This document shows positions 37,186 to 51,237 of a stretch of 64,000 bases of DNA, piece after piece (within the stretch, counting starts at the first letter, position 1; each line of letters begins with the position of its first letter). A program made the translations under genes and the position numbers. The notes under the pieces are model-generated. The model was not told where the DNA came from. It saw nothing but the letters and a program-made list of their open reading frames with translations, and did not search any database. This DNA comes from Octopus bimaculoides (lineage: Eukaryota): assembly GCF_001194135.2 (NCBI RefSeq), contig NC_068981.1, positions 43,224,922-43,288,921 on the forward strand. The letters are read 5' to 3'.

Positions 37186-37645
37186 ACACTTTTTTTCTAA
37201 TCTATCCTGGCATTTTTGATTTTTGGTCATTGTTCTTTCACTCTTATTTGACAATCATGAATTCAAAAATATACAATCTCCTCATCCACACAACAAAACA
37301 TTTCTTATTGCACCATAATACTGACAGATTTGACAAGCTTTATTTGACATAATAATCTATACGTGATGCATATCTATAGTTCTAATTTCTCATTTTACAT
37401 TTTTAAAATGTTATAATCTCCAAGTTAATCCACATATATTGAAAACCTAGAAAGGAAAATAAACAGAAAATTTAACAAGAGAAATGCTTTTCGGCCATCT
37501 ATCTCCTCACAGATATCTATCTCTCTTGTTTGTCTATTACACACACAGAGACATACATATATGGATACACATAAACACATATATACAAAACATATATGGA
37601 TATAACACACACACACACACATACGTACACATGTATATATGTGTG

Positions 37646-37714
<69 letters not shown>

Positions 37715-37859
37715 GCAGGTATGTATGTATACATTAATATATGCAAACACACATATACATATACATGTACATACATAAAACTCTACTTGCGTAACGGGTG
37801 TGGTGGGGACCAGAGGTAAGTTGACAGAGAAGGTAGACTTCTTACATGACACATGTACA

Positions 37860-38120
37860 GGCATAGTTACCAGTATGAATGCATGTGAAACAAATTCTGT
37901 CAAATCCTTAGAAAGTACACTTGTTGTAGTTGATAACTTTTATAATATTGATGACCTAATTGATAGCAGAGATGAAGGCTACTAGAATATTATTAGTCAA
38001 AATAAGAACATTTGTATACAAAGTGCATTGCTACATGGTAATAATATTGGTGAATGAATGCTCTGTTGGATGTGTAATACTAATGTGCATGAACAACAAA
38101 CCACAAATGAATTGAAAGGA
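37860..38120 (+). mobile_element. Old RTE RT fragment
   Basis: [20 protein letters not shown] is a decayed form of LEVVDSFCYLGDxISSGGG. Confidence 0.5.
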
Positions 38121-38297
38121 AAGCAGAGTAGGCACATACCTTTATGGAGATGCTAATTGTATAAAGAAGTGCTGAGCACTTGAAATAGGTGAAACTGTAA
38201 TCACTCAACTTGTTGATATGATTTTCTGACCAGAATAAATCACACATTCATCTACACCATGATTCTCTATATTTCATAGATTTTTACATTTAACTCT

Positions 38298-38505
38298 ACC
38301 GCCTGACTAGCCTTTGAGCCGGTGGCACGTAAAAGCACCCACTACACTCTTCGAGTGTTTGGCGTTAGGAAGGGCATCCAGCTGTAAAAACTCTGCCAAA
38401 TCAGATTGGAACCTGGTGTAGCCATCTGGTTTCACCAGTCATCAGTCAAATCGTCCAACCCATGCTAGCATGGAAAGCGGACGTTAAATGATGATGATGA
38501 TGACT
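38298..38505 (+). mobile_element. RTE 3' tail (young)
   Basis: Canonical tail ending ggacgttaaatgatgatgatgatga. Confidence 0.9.
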
Positions 38506-38879
38506 TCTGTTATTTGTTTCTGTACAGCAGTAAGTAAAACTATATTCTCCTACACATCTAATTCAACAGTTTCTTGGGATACTTCTCTCCATCGATCCAC
38601 ATGATTCCAAATGACATGGATGCCATCATCATTCTAAGTTTCTGTATCATAATTAGCCAATGACAAGTATTTTCCTTTTACCTTTGGCTGTGTGGTCGTA
38701 ATTTCTTCGTTCGATTATTTTCATTCGTTCATTTTATACTCCCCTGTTTTATTCCCATCTGGTTTCAGTATTATCTTTTAATACTATCAATGGCATCATT
38801 GTTTTTAAGTCCCTCCAACAACTTCATTGATAACTTCATTCTTTTCATTTGACACAACTTCATACTTTTCATTTATTGC

Positions 38880-39475
38880 ATTCGTGTCTTCCTCACTTCC
38901 TCAGGTTTTCTAACTACAGTTTCTGTATCATCTTTCCTTTTTTGTTCCTGTGCATTTTAATCAGTTTACATGGACGCATCCTGTCGAATGCCTCTCTATG
39001 TCTAAATACAAAGTGCCTTTCTCCAACCAGTAGAACCATGGTATCTTTTGATGTTTTGTCATCTATAATAGATTTAGTCACCAGCAACAAAATCTTTCAT
39101 TAGTCTAACTCATTGCAGTTCTCTCCACAATTTTTCACTCGCTCTTACTCCCATGAAAATTTCTTGCTGTATGGAGAGAATTTAAATTTATAATCATATC
39201 ACTACTTGTGGTTTCCAGGAAATAAGTAGGCAGTTGGAATTAGGTGATTCTATGTTAACATTGGAATCAAATACAAATTCATTTGGACTTGTCCTGAGTG
39301 ATTCTGAAACGGAATTGTTTGCACTAAGAACCCACACCAGGGTTACTTCCAACTTACATTTCTCCTTTCCTAATGTTTTCTACATTGCTTCAGTCATTAT
39401 CCTGTTGGGACACTCCACGGTGTCATTACTAAATGGATTGTCTGCCGCAGTGGCACATGTTTCGATATTCAATAT
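38880..39475 (-). pseudogene. Degenerate Ty3/gypsy-like integrase C-terminal region
   Basis: DNPFSNDTVECPNRIMTEAM*KTL...LEVTLVWVLSANNS...RTSPNEFVFDSNVN...SEKLWRELQ*VR...FVAGD*IYYR*QNIKRYHGS; decayed PxSNGxVER, SPxxLxFG and GDxVYY...W.GP motifs. Confidence 0.7.
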
Positions 39476-39615
39476 TTAATTCAACTCTTGGTTGTAATAA
39501 CCCCAACTGTTGCATAAAAATCAACCAGGAGTTCCAAAATAAGACATCATCATCATCATCTCAAGATCATGATCTTCATCATTGTTGTCATGATCATCTT
39601 CATTTTCACTTTGGC

Positions 39616-39643
39616 CATAGAAAACTCTGCAGAGTTTTCTATG
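39616..39643. repeat. Perfect 28-bp palindrome within an RTE-tail-type repeat
   Basis: catagaaaactctg|cagagttttctatg. Confidence 0.9.
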
Positions 39644-41132
39644 ACCATGTGCCCTTCCTAACACACACTCTAACTGTTTCCAAGTAAAGTAATAATCTCC
39701 CACTCTATCAAACAACTAATAACTTATGTGTTGAAGTTTGGGCTGCCTAGATTAGCCGATATTTTTGGAAGATATAACAGCACATTTGAAACCAACTTGC
39801 ATACTAATGATGAGAGATACATATTATCACACAAATACTTACACATACATAACTTACACACATAAAGAGTCAGGGAACTAGCATCTGTAGATTATGTGAT
39901 ATGCATACAAAACCTGATTTAAATGAAAGGAAAACTACGTTTCAATGAATGACACCTAGTTTGAAAGATGTCATTTGCTTTCGTCTCAGTTATGATTTTC
40001 TTTCATATTTATACTCTTCTCAAGAGCATCGTTTTAGAATAACTCTGAGAAATATGCATATTCTTGCCAAAATTCATCAACAAAGAATATGGTCAATTGA
40101 ATGCCATCAGCAAAACCAAAAACCCCAATCATTTCCAGTTTTGTTGTCTGCAACACAAATATTTTATTTGAATGGAATTGGAAGGAAACAAATATTGATA
40201 CTTAAAGACATTTAACCCCCCCNNNNNNNNNNNNNNNNNNNNNNNNNNNNNNNNNNNNNNNNNNNNAAAAAAATATATAAAAGCTAAAAGAAAGAAAAGC
40301 AACACCAATGAAACAAAAGAAATAATACAAAAATAACTTCCATTCATGTAAGAACAAACAAAAAAGAGAGTTTTATAACCGGAGGCTGTGATGAATATTA
40401 TTAACTTGTGAAAACAATATCAAACATGGTGTTTTGAAAGATGAAGAAAGGCTATTAGAATATTAATGAAATGAAATAATTGTACAATTTTTCCCTTACA
40501 AACCTCTTTCTGAACAAATCTCTGAACAAAAAAATAAATAAATAAAAAAATAAAAATTATTTTTTATTTCTTCCAACCCAATTAAAGTATTTTATAAAAT
40601 AAAAACTGAAACAAACACACACTTTCAGTATTAAAAATTTTTTAAATGCTTTTATTACCATTTCAGATGAAGAAAAATATAAAATCTAAGTAGTGAAAAT
40701 ATACTGGAATTAAGGGGTCTTTTTTTTCTTTTGTAATAATTTTCATGTTGTTAGGAAGATTTTAGTTAAGTATTGCATAGGAATGAAATTATTCTCATGG
40801 TTGTCCAAAAATGCTGGAAACAGCTGCCACATCTCCTTCAAATCACACTGTACATCCTGGAAAAAGAGAACAACATTAAGTATTGCATTCCTAGATGAAG
40901 GTGTAGCATGGTCATCACCTGCAAATGAGCATTATCTGAGAGTTCATATGCTTTTGCTAATTGTTTTCCATGCCCATATAGTTATGAGCAGATATTTACA
41001 TCTTCATGATCTGTCTACAATTGATGCTGGAGATTGTTAGAGTTTAAGGGAGAGAAAGGGCTGCACCAGCAATCACTTGGTACTCATTTTTCAACCAAGG
41101 AGACTCAAGTAATGCAAAATGATAAACCTTGC

Positions 41133-41360
41133 TTAACCCTTTTGTTACTGTATTTATTTTGAGATGCTCTGTATTTCTTTCAATTACTTTAAATATAACA
41201 AAGAATTTAGTAAAATAATTCAGTTATTACTCAGCTCGTGTTAGGAACATAAATTGTGACTAAGGTTTGGTGGAAGATTTTAATTCAAAGTTTATGAAAA
41301 CAAGACATTTGTACTCAGAGGCAAAGCCGGTTTCAGCCGGATTGGTAGTGAAAGGGTTAA
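41133..41360. mobile_element. piggyBac-type MITE
   Basis: TTAA-CCCTTTTGTTAC...GTAGTGAAAGGG-TTAA. Confidence 0.75.
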
Positions 41361-42424
41361 GGACACAACATGCAGCTCAGTCTGAGTATCAAACCTTTGA
41401 CTTTATGACCACATGTCTAATGCCCTAACCACAAAGCCACATACCTAGTGGTCAGATATACATTAAAAGAAAGGGGAAGAGATTTTTGATCATAGGACTA
41501 CCTATTTAGGTATGACTTAGGGCTAAACAACATATTTATTGTTAGGTTGTTTTTGTTTAGCATCATATTGGCCATGTCCAACCAGATTTTTGAAGTGAAG
41601 ATATTTCAACCAAGATCATTTCATCTCAGTTACACAACTCAATGTAAAGTTCTTTTGATTATAAGATAAGAGAAATTTAGGAGAGATACAACTGCTATTT
41701 CTAGCAGGTCGAGGGAATGAGTAGAAAAGCTTTTACAGGCTCATAGATTTGCCTGTGTACAGTTAGATGGAATTCGATTATGACATTTATTACCAAGGAA
41801 AGAGGGTAGCAACAGTGTGACAGAATGCTGATCTGAATCTCTACAACATCCAGCCTTGAAATGTGTTGTTGCTAAATATTTACATTACTGAAAAATTACC
41901 ATTCATTTTAATTGAATTACAGGAATAATAGAAGTAGCTATGAAAAAGGACAAAGATTAAGGTGAATATGATACTGAACTTGAGAAATGCGGTTTCAAAG
42001 ATAGTAAATTGGTGAGCCATGGAAGCATCTAACAGAATGATTTATGATATTTGTTCTGGCTCACTGCATTCTGAGTTCAAATCTCATCAAACTCAAATTT
42101 GTTTTTATCATTTCAGGAGTTGGTTGATTGGTAGAATTGTTAGAATGTTAGAGTTGGTTGATTGGTGGAATTGTTAAAGTACTTTACAGCATTTGTCACT
42201 TGTTCCTTGCATTCTAAGCTCATTGCCAAATAAAAGGATAAACACTGAAGTGAATAAGATATGGAGACTGGCATCAGTATGGCATTTGTTACCATCCTTG
42301 TTACAAAGTCTACTTTTCCATACTTGCATGGGTCAGATGAGACTATGATGGGGTAAAGTATTTTTATAGATAGATGCATGGCCCTGCATAAGGATGACAT
42401 GCAAATTCATGAAGTGTTCCATAT

Positions 42425-42650
42425 TTTTGCCTGCTTGTGCCATTTAAAAAGCACTCAACACACTCTGTAAAGTAATTGGTACTAGGAAGGAAATTCAGCT
42501 GTAGAAACCAAGCCAAATCAGACTGGAACCAGTTGCAGCTCTCCTGCTTGCCAACTCTGGGCAAACTGTCCAACCCATACCAGCATGGAAAATGGATGTT
42601 AAATGATGATGATGGTAATGATGATGCTGCTGCTGCTGATGATGATGATG
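42425..42650 (+). mobile_element. RTE 3' tail
   Basis: aaaagcactcaacacactctgtaaag...ccaacccataccagcatggaaaatggatgttaaatgatgat. Confidence 0.8.
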
Positions 42651-42734
42651 ATTGGGATGCAGTCTCTTTAACCACTCAGGCTTGTTTGTGATTATATATT
42701 CAAGCAGTGGTGGGGGACAAATGCAGACACAAAG

Positions 42735-42884
<150 letters not shown>

Positions 42885-44024
42885 GAGAGGCTTCTGTCTC
42901 TTTTAGTTTAACAGATCCACTTACAAGACGTCTGGTGCCATACAGTGGGAGTGAACCCAGAACAATGTGATTCGGAAGCAAGCTCCTTACCTTTGAAATT
43001 CTGAGTTGACAAATCATTCATTTCTTTATTGTTCTTTCAAGTTATGTTTAAAGGTATAATTTTAATGCTTCTAGAAAAATTATCTTTGCAAATTTCTACT
43101 GGTTCTTTTTAAGGGAAATTAGTCATTCTATGATTCTTACAAAGAATTGTGTCATTATTCTTCCTATGGAATTTCAAGGATTGATTTGAGAAAAGGAAGA
43201 TAGCAAGTAAATCTAGTTACTATGCCAGTGCAGCTGGCATTTGAAAACCCAACGATTCTAATCATCGAAAGAACAAGAGTACGTTAGAAGTGAAAAATTC
43301 TATAAAATGAAAGGAAAGATGAGATGTAACAAATGTTTCAGTGTTACAAGTTTTACCAACTTGCTGCATTATGTGACTCAACCTAATGGACACTAGATCA
43401 GAAGTCATACTTACTAGACTTATTATAAAGAAAAAAATCCCCCACAATCACAAATAAAAATAAACCAAAAAATCTATCCCCTTGACTGTTTTGTATCTTA
43501 ACAGTCTTTTTATATTTCTTTTGAATTCAAATAAATAACAAAGCATGCTCTCTATCCCCTTTCTTAATTGCTCTACTGCTCTCTTTATATTTTAAGTATA
43601 CAGTCTTGCTTGCTGAGCAAATTTTCCTAGAGATTATCTTTCGATGTTTTGCCAGCCAACTAACGAAGCAAACAAATCAGCCATCATAGATAACAGTTAT
43701 TTTGTTTATTGCTGCTATATTCTTTCTTTTTGTGCATAGTTGATTTCAGAAACATATCATTCCCATGAGTTTTTATGTCTAAATAGACTTTAGAAACACT
43801 TTAGATTTGAAAACTTTTATTCTCTTACTGATTTCTTCCCCTTGCTTGTGGACACAATTGCTATCAATATATATAAGATGAATGGAGAATAAAGTTTAAC
43901 TTAACATATATCATTTCATGTTAGAAGTCACATGTTTTTGAGCTTACACACACACACACATACACACACACACACATACACACACACACACACACACACA
44001 GATGCACGCACACACACACACGCG

Positions 44025-44057
<33 letters not shown>

Positions 44058-44898
44058 GTACATACAAGCATACATACAGACATAAAATATACATGCACAC
44101 ACATGTGTGTATGTGTGTGTCTGTTTTTGTACATGTATGCATGTATATATATTTGTATATTTATATGCAAAATGGTTAGTACATCAACATTAAAAGATGT
44201 TGCATTTGAATTTCATCAGAGAAAGTTTTGCCTATTTTCCATCGTTGAGTTAACATTTTCAAATATATACATTTTCTTATTATTTCCATAGAAGAATAGT
44301 GGAAGGCAGACATGGACAAGTACTGAATAAAATGGTCTTGTTAGCATTTAGTGAGGTCCATTTACATTGTGTGTTCAAATTTTAACTGGGTTGACTTGTC
44401 TTTCATTTACTACAGACCAAAATATAAGAGCTAACAGTCAGGTAGGTGCTGCAGACAATTCAATTGGCTGTTTCCTCCCCCAAAACTGTGGCTCTTGTGC
44501 CATTGCAGGATATGAATTTTGAGCTTTCACCAAATCATTTCTTTCATCAAATGTTTGCTGAGAAATAGAGTGGCAACCACTTTCTGATACCATTCCCTAG
44601 TCCAACCATGAAAAGCAATACTAATATCATGAATATTTTGAGGTGTCATGTAGGCCAGCATTCAAAAAGATTTGTTTTGATTACTGTCAGTGGAATTCCA
44701 TGTGTGTGTGTGTGTGTGTAGATAGATTGATAGACAGACAGAGACAGGTTGAAAGAGGGAGACATATAAAAATGTATATGCGTATACACACACACACACA
44801 CACACACACATACATGTGCATATGCATATTCATGAGAGTGTGTGTGTGTGTTTGTGCGTGTATGTATGTGCATGTGTGTGCATGCATGTGTGTGTGTG

Positions 44899-44947
<49 letters not shown>

Positions 44948-46945
44948 TCACCATGTTAAGTTAGATATAAAGATTACCTTTTGGTATTAATACTGCTTCC
45001 ATCACTAATAATTAAGTTTTAATAAGCCTGCTGACTATTTGTGGTATCTGTGTCTAAAAAAATGCTGAAATTGTATATATCATAGCAGTGAGATCTGACT
45101 GACATAAGGTGACTGGTGCTTCCCACAGAGGAGATTCAATAGACTGAAATCATGTGATATGGGAATTCTGGCGCCCATGACAGATGAATTTTGGTACAAT
45201 CTACATGTATGCTTTTATGCAAATTTTGCTATGATCTACATGTGTGCTTTTATGCACCAAGCAAATTAATGAGAGGCTCTCTCAAGGCTAATAATGCAGT
45301 AATCAGTGTTCTAACAAGACATCCATGTTAAGCTGGATATAAAGATTATCTTTTGGTGTTAATATTGCTTGTGGTACAAATAATTTATTTATATCATTTG
45401 ATGTAGATCTATAATACTGCATATACTTAGAGATGATGAAATTCAGCCTTAAAGCAATGGTAGTTTGTCTCCAACTACAAATTCTGATATTTCTGAAGGT
45501 GTCAACAGTGAAGCCTTACATGAAATATGCACTTGTGTGTACTGTCCTGTCTGACACTGAGCAAGAAGAATGAGAATCCATTGCTGCTGTAGAGATCATG
45601 CATCACATTAACACCAGAGTTGTGTTTGTGACAAGGTCGTTTTCCTAAATAGAATATGAATATTTTAAGTGGACTGTTGAGTGGTTAAATGAATGCCCTC
45701 GTGAACATCAAAAAACTTTTGTGAAAATTTGCATTCAACATAGAGCCCCAGACATATGGAATACACACTATAAGTCGTCTTGAAAGAAGAATAACTTCAT
45801 TGAACAAGACTGTTTACCCTCAAAATAGCATTGTGTTTCTAAAACAGATAACTCCCATAAATTCATGAATTATGTTTTGATATTTTGCAATCAAAATTAA
45901 ATTAATTCATCACTCATTAGATAAAGACTTGAAAAATATGTTTTGATAACATTACTTGGAAAAAATATTTTCATTTGCTCCAAGATTGTTTTAATTTGCT
46001 TCAGTTTATTTTAATTTGTACTTGAAAAGTATAAATAGTTGATTACATCGTCCAAGTATTTACTTCATCTGTTATCAATTTCAGACAAATGAAACTCAAA
46101 GTTGGCCAAGCAGGGTTTGACTTCCCAACATAGAAATGTAATCAAATGTTATTAGAAGGTAATCTTGTCTGTATACTGATCTCTAAAATTAGCACGACAC
46201 CACAAAATGTGGACGCTAAGCATCAAGTAGAAAGTCAAATATGTCTTTGATTATTTGAAAAGGGACTAAGAACCATAATAATTTCGTTATTGAAACCTTT
46301 CTACAGTCACTGACATTTTTCTATACAGGAAAATCACAGGCAGTCATCAAAGAAGGACCCCTTAATTTCCTTATGAGGTACAGTTACTCTTTTGAATGAC
46401 TTCTTCATCCTTCACAATGAAGTTTGAAGGTCTGATTAAAAACATTTAGGGATTTCATATGTATTGGAAAACAAAAGTAATCAATAATAAATTTAATATC
46501 AAGTAAATTATTCAATTAAAATTACTTTTATTTAAGAGGTTAGAATTTTGAGGTCTACCTTAAAAGTTTAGTTGAAGAAATAATTAATTAAAAGTATTTG
46601 ATAGAATCAGAAAGCAGCAGATGAAGAGGATAATAGTTAATAAAAGGCCAAAAATGAAAGAGAAAATTCATAACCCGAGAGAGATTTTGTCCAAGAAAAT
46701 ATAATTTAAAAATTAGTTCTAAATGTTACCTGTATTAATAATGAAGCTAATAAACTCTGTTGCATAGACATATAAAAAAAATATTTCTCCAAGGTATTCT
46801 ATCTCAGACAATTTCATAATATTAGAATAGTTGAACAAATGAAATAAACATTTCAGTCTCAGAGTACACACTATGTCTGTATCTTAAGAGAGAGAAGCGA
46901 GGAGGGAGAAATAGACAAACAAACAGAGGAGAGAAAGTGAGAGAG

Positions 46946-46983
<38 letters not shown>

Positions 46984-47796
46984 AGAGAGAGAAGTTGAAG
47001 GAGTGAGAGTGGGACAGAGTGAAAGAGAAAATCAAAATGAAATGATATTTTCAGGAAAGTAAAAGATGAAAGATGTTATCTTCTTCAATATATTCATAAA
47101 TATTTTCCTTCTATTTTTAGCATTGTATGGTGTTGCGGTTGAATTTTAGCCCTGTGTCAACCTCAGTCAAGCAGAGAGATAATTACACACATTCCAGCTG
47201 TGGCCATCCTATCCTAGGGCTTTTTGGTTAAATGTCTTCATCCTCATCGTCGTCATCGTCGTCGTCGTCGTCGTTATCATCATCATCATCATTTAACATT
47301 CACTTATCCATGCTTGTATGGATCAGATGAAGTTTATTTAGTCAGATTTTCTGTGACTGGATATCCTTTCTGTTACCATCCTTCACTTACCTCAAAGAAA
47401 GGAAATCTTTCCCCATGGGGCAAGCATGGCTGTGTGGTAAGAAGCTTGCTTTCTTAACTACATGTGAAAACAAACAGGAAGGGCTGCTGAGCCTAAATGC
47501 AGTTCTGGTGGAGAGACAAACAAGAACGTGTCTTCCTTGTTCCAGCTACAATAGAGAGAAAGAAAGAAAGGTGGCCAATGGTCACGTGGGAACCACGGGA
47601 GCAAGAGAGGAGGAGTAAAGGAGAGAGGGTGACAAAGTAATAGGATAGAATAGTGGGAGAAGAGGAGGTAAAAGAATAAGAGAGAGGAAAAAGAGAGAAA
47701 AACAACAAAGTGAAAAGATCGAATAGAGTGCACATCAGAATTATTAAGATAAAACTTACTTCGAAGAGGATGCATGGCTTTCAATCATATAATAAT

Positions 47797-47873
<77 letters not shown>

Positions 47874-48133
47874 GCATATATACATACGTACATGTACATA
47901 CTTACATCTATACATATATGTATATATGCATATGTGGGCACAGGATGTCATGAAGTATATACAACAAAAACGTATGAAGCACGAGTACATGGAACATGAA
48001 CTATTCTTTCGAACAGTGAAAGACACAAATGGAAAACAAAACAAACAACATAAAGAACGACCCTTCATCAGTTGTTGGTTGTTTTTCTAATCTTGTATTT
48101 TGAGCATTTAACAAAATTTCATTAGATGATGCA

Positions 48134-48665
48134 ATATATATAAGCACAAACAAATGGAAAACAGACACAAAAGGTTGCCAAATCCTTATCGTTTATTTCT
48201 AAAGGACCTATGCAATTTCGCACTCGCAAAGATAATATTGATCCCCTTTGGTGGTGCCAGCAAGGAGAAGCTACCGAGATATAGCAACTCAATGAACAAA
48301 GGACCAAACATGACAGAAAGGGAACATACAGACATGAAAAAATATGCAATATACTCTAAACAAATGAGATAATATTCAAGATGCAACAAATGGACAGACA
48401 AAAGACAAAGACAAAAACAAACTAGATGGAATGTGGACATATGAAGAAAATGCAACAAATAAAAAAAAATAGGGCTTTTGGGTTAGACAGGAGATGAAAA
48501 TATGGTTAACGTCAGGAGGAATATCCTAAAAGATTAGAAATGGAGGAACAACAGAGAAACTGCAAAATGTGTCAAAATTGAGAGGCATAGATCATATGGA
48601 TGATAACCGATGAGGATTTGGTGACCTTCTGTGTCTATTTTCTATTTGCTTGTGCTTATATATAT
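48134..48665. mobile_element. Non-coding fold-back/MITE-like element with about 60-bp terminal inverted repeats
   Basis: Left end atatataagcacaaacaaatggaaaacagacacaaaaggttgccaaatccttatcg; reverse complement of right end atatataagcacaagcaaatagaaaatagacacagaaggtcaccaaatcctcatcg. Confidence 0.75.
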
Positions 48666-48686
48666 TATGTGTTTTTAGCTTAAATA

Positions 48687-49580
48687 TACAAGGTCTGATC
48701 AATAAGTATCTGGACTGTTGCTATTGTAATGAAGCTAAAGTACACAAAGTAAAGCCATTTGGCAAATCCTGAACTAGAACATTGCTGTGCATGTGCACTA
48801 AGTTTTAATGTTCTAGCTCACTTCCGCTCTTTACAGCAGTGCTTGGAAGGAAGGTGTGTAGCGTGTGATTGTTGCATTGACCCTGACAGGGTAAGTTGTC
48901 ATGATGATACATGCTCAGTAGCCTATGCAAAGTTGCAGAAAGTGTATGGAGAGGAGTGTATGAGCCACACACAAATGTACAAAGAGCTCAGACGTTTCCA
49001 AGATGGCCAAAAAATGTCGATATTGACGAATGTTCTGGGAGACCTGCAGCCGTCAGAACTGAGAAAGGCGTTGCAGATGTGTGTCCAGCTGTGAGGGGAA
49101 ATCATCAAATCACCGTCCATGAGTTATCAGAAGATGTGCAGATTAATTACAGTTCAGTTCAGTCCATTATCACTGAAGATTTGGGTATGAGACACGTGTC
49201 TGTCAAGATTGTGCCAAAATTTCTTTCAGCTGACCAAAAAGACACTCGGGTTTCAGTTGCACAAGATATCCTTGATTGTATAGAAAATGCTAAAAACTTT
49301 TTGAAAACATTGTGCATGCTTCTGGGCAGGTATAGCCAAGCTTTTGGCAATATTTGATGCAAATTCTCTTCTCAACTTTCTCTTTCATGGTCAGTGAGAT
49401 GATCACATGCTACACACGTTCCTTCCAAGCACTGCTGTAAATGGTGAAAGTGAGCAAGAACATTAAAACTTAGAGCGCATGCACAGCAGAGTTCAAGGTC
49501 AAACTGTGCCAAGCTGCTTTACTCTGTATTCTTTAGCTTCATTACTATGGCAACAGTCCGATACTTATTAATCAGATCAC
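48687..49580 (+). mobile_element. Mariner-derived non-autonomous element with about 180-bp inverted ends and an HTH remnant
   Basis: TA-caaggtctgatcaataagtatc TIR; arms at about 48689-48869 and 49402-49580. Interior reads DECSGRPAAVRTE...ITVHELSEDVQINYSSVQSIITEDLGMRHVSVKIVPKFL; no DDD catalytic domain. Confidence 0.85.
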
Positions 49581-50164
49581 AACACACATACACACACATG
49601 CACACATGCATATATATATTTATATATACATATATGTGTGTATGTGTGTGTGTTTTGTGTGTGTGTGTGTGTGTGTATGTGTGCATATGTGTGTGTGCAT
49701 ACGTGTGTGTGTGCATCTTTGTGTCAGAGTTTGTCCCCTACCACTGCTTGACAACCAGTGTTAGTGTGTTTATTTCCCTGTAACTTAGTGGTTTGGCAAA
49801 AGAGACTGGTAAAATATGTACCAGGCTTAAAGGAAAAGAAAAGAAAAATAACTGCTGGCATCAATTCATTTCACTAAAAATCCCTTCAAGGTAGTGCTCC
49901 AGCATGACCACACTCTGAAACAAGTAAAATATGAAAGATAATGGCCAGACATGTTCTTACAGAATATTCTTTTCTACTTTAGGCACAACGCTTCTGCCAG
50001 CATGCCACCTTTTTTATTTATATATNNNNNNNNNNNNNNNNNNNNNNNNNNNNNNNNNNNNNNNNNNNNNNNNNNNNNNNNNNNNNNNNNNNNNNNNNNN
50101 NNNNNNNNNNNNNNNNNNNNNNNNNNNNNNNNNNNNNNNNNNNNNNATATATATATATTCCCTA

Positions 50165-50560
50165 TATACCCTTTTCTACTCTAGGCACAAAGACTGAAAT
50201 TTTGTGGGGGAGAGGGGCTAGTCGATTAGATTGACCCCAGTATGCAACTGGCACTTAATTTATTGACCCTGAAAGGATGAAAGGCAAAGTCGACCTCAGC
50301 TGAATTTGAACTCAGAACATAAAGACAGCTAGTATACTAATGTTTCTTATTTCTTTACTGCCCATAAGGGGCTACACACAGAGGAGATAAACAAGGACAG
50401 ACAAATGAATTAAGTCGATTATATCAACCCCAATGCATAACTGTACTTATTTACTCGACCCCGAAAGGATGAAAGGCAAAGTCGATCTCAGCTGAATTTG
50501 AACTCAGAACATAGCGGCAGACAAAATACTGTTAAGCATTTCGCCCGGCGTGCTAACGTT
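50165..50560 (-). mobile_element. Two adjacent SINE copies (same family as 29028)
   Basis: gaccccgaaaggatgaaaggcaaagtcga...gaatttgaactcagaac occurs twice. Confidence 0.85.
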
Positions 50561-51200
50561 TTTTATTTCTTTACTGCCCATAAGAGACTGAACCTGGAAC
50601 CGTATGATTATGAAGCAAACTTCTTACCACACAATCAAACTTTCAGCTATCAGAGCCATGTCTGTGCCTATAAAATGAAATATCAGCACAATACTTTGCT
50701 GATCTAATTGACTTCTAAAATTTGTGGTCTTGTTGTTGTTAATGTTTAGCGTCAAGTCAGCCATAATCAAACAGGTAACACATTTCATCCATGACCATTC
50801 AGCCCTGTTGTGTATTTAGAACTACTGTTTTCAATATATCCTTCCTGTTTTAAGAAGACAATGAGTCATTCAAGGGATATTTGGCCATCATTTCTAGCAT
50901 GTTAGATTATTGATGATGTTTCCGTATTGCTGTACTTCAAAGTCTTTATTTTACTAACCAGACCAAGTAATCTATTTTCAAATTTATTTTGTATCACATT
51001 CAGTGAATATTAATGTTGTTGGTTACAGGTGTTTAATAAACCATTTCTGATGGGGGGGAGTGTCTGTGCAACTCAGGTGGAACAAATACAACACTATATA
51101 TATTTTTTTAATTCATAAACACCATTTTTCTGGTTTTCTCACCAATCTTTACATCTTATGCCAATATAGAACACAACAGTGAAACACAAACTCATAACAA

Positions 51201-51237
<37 letters not shown>

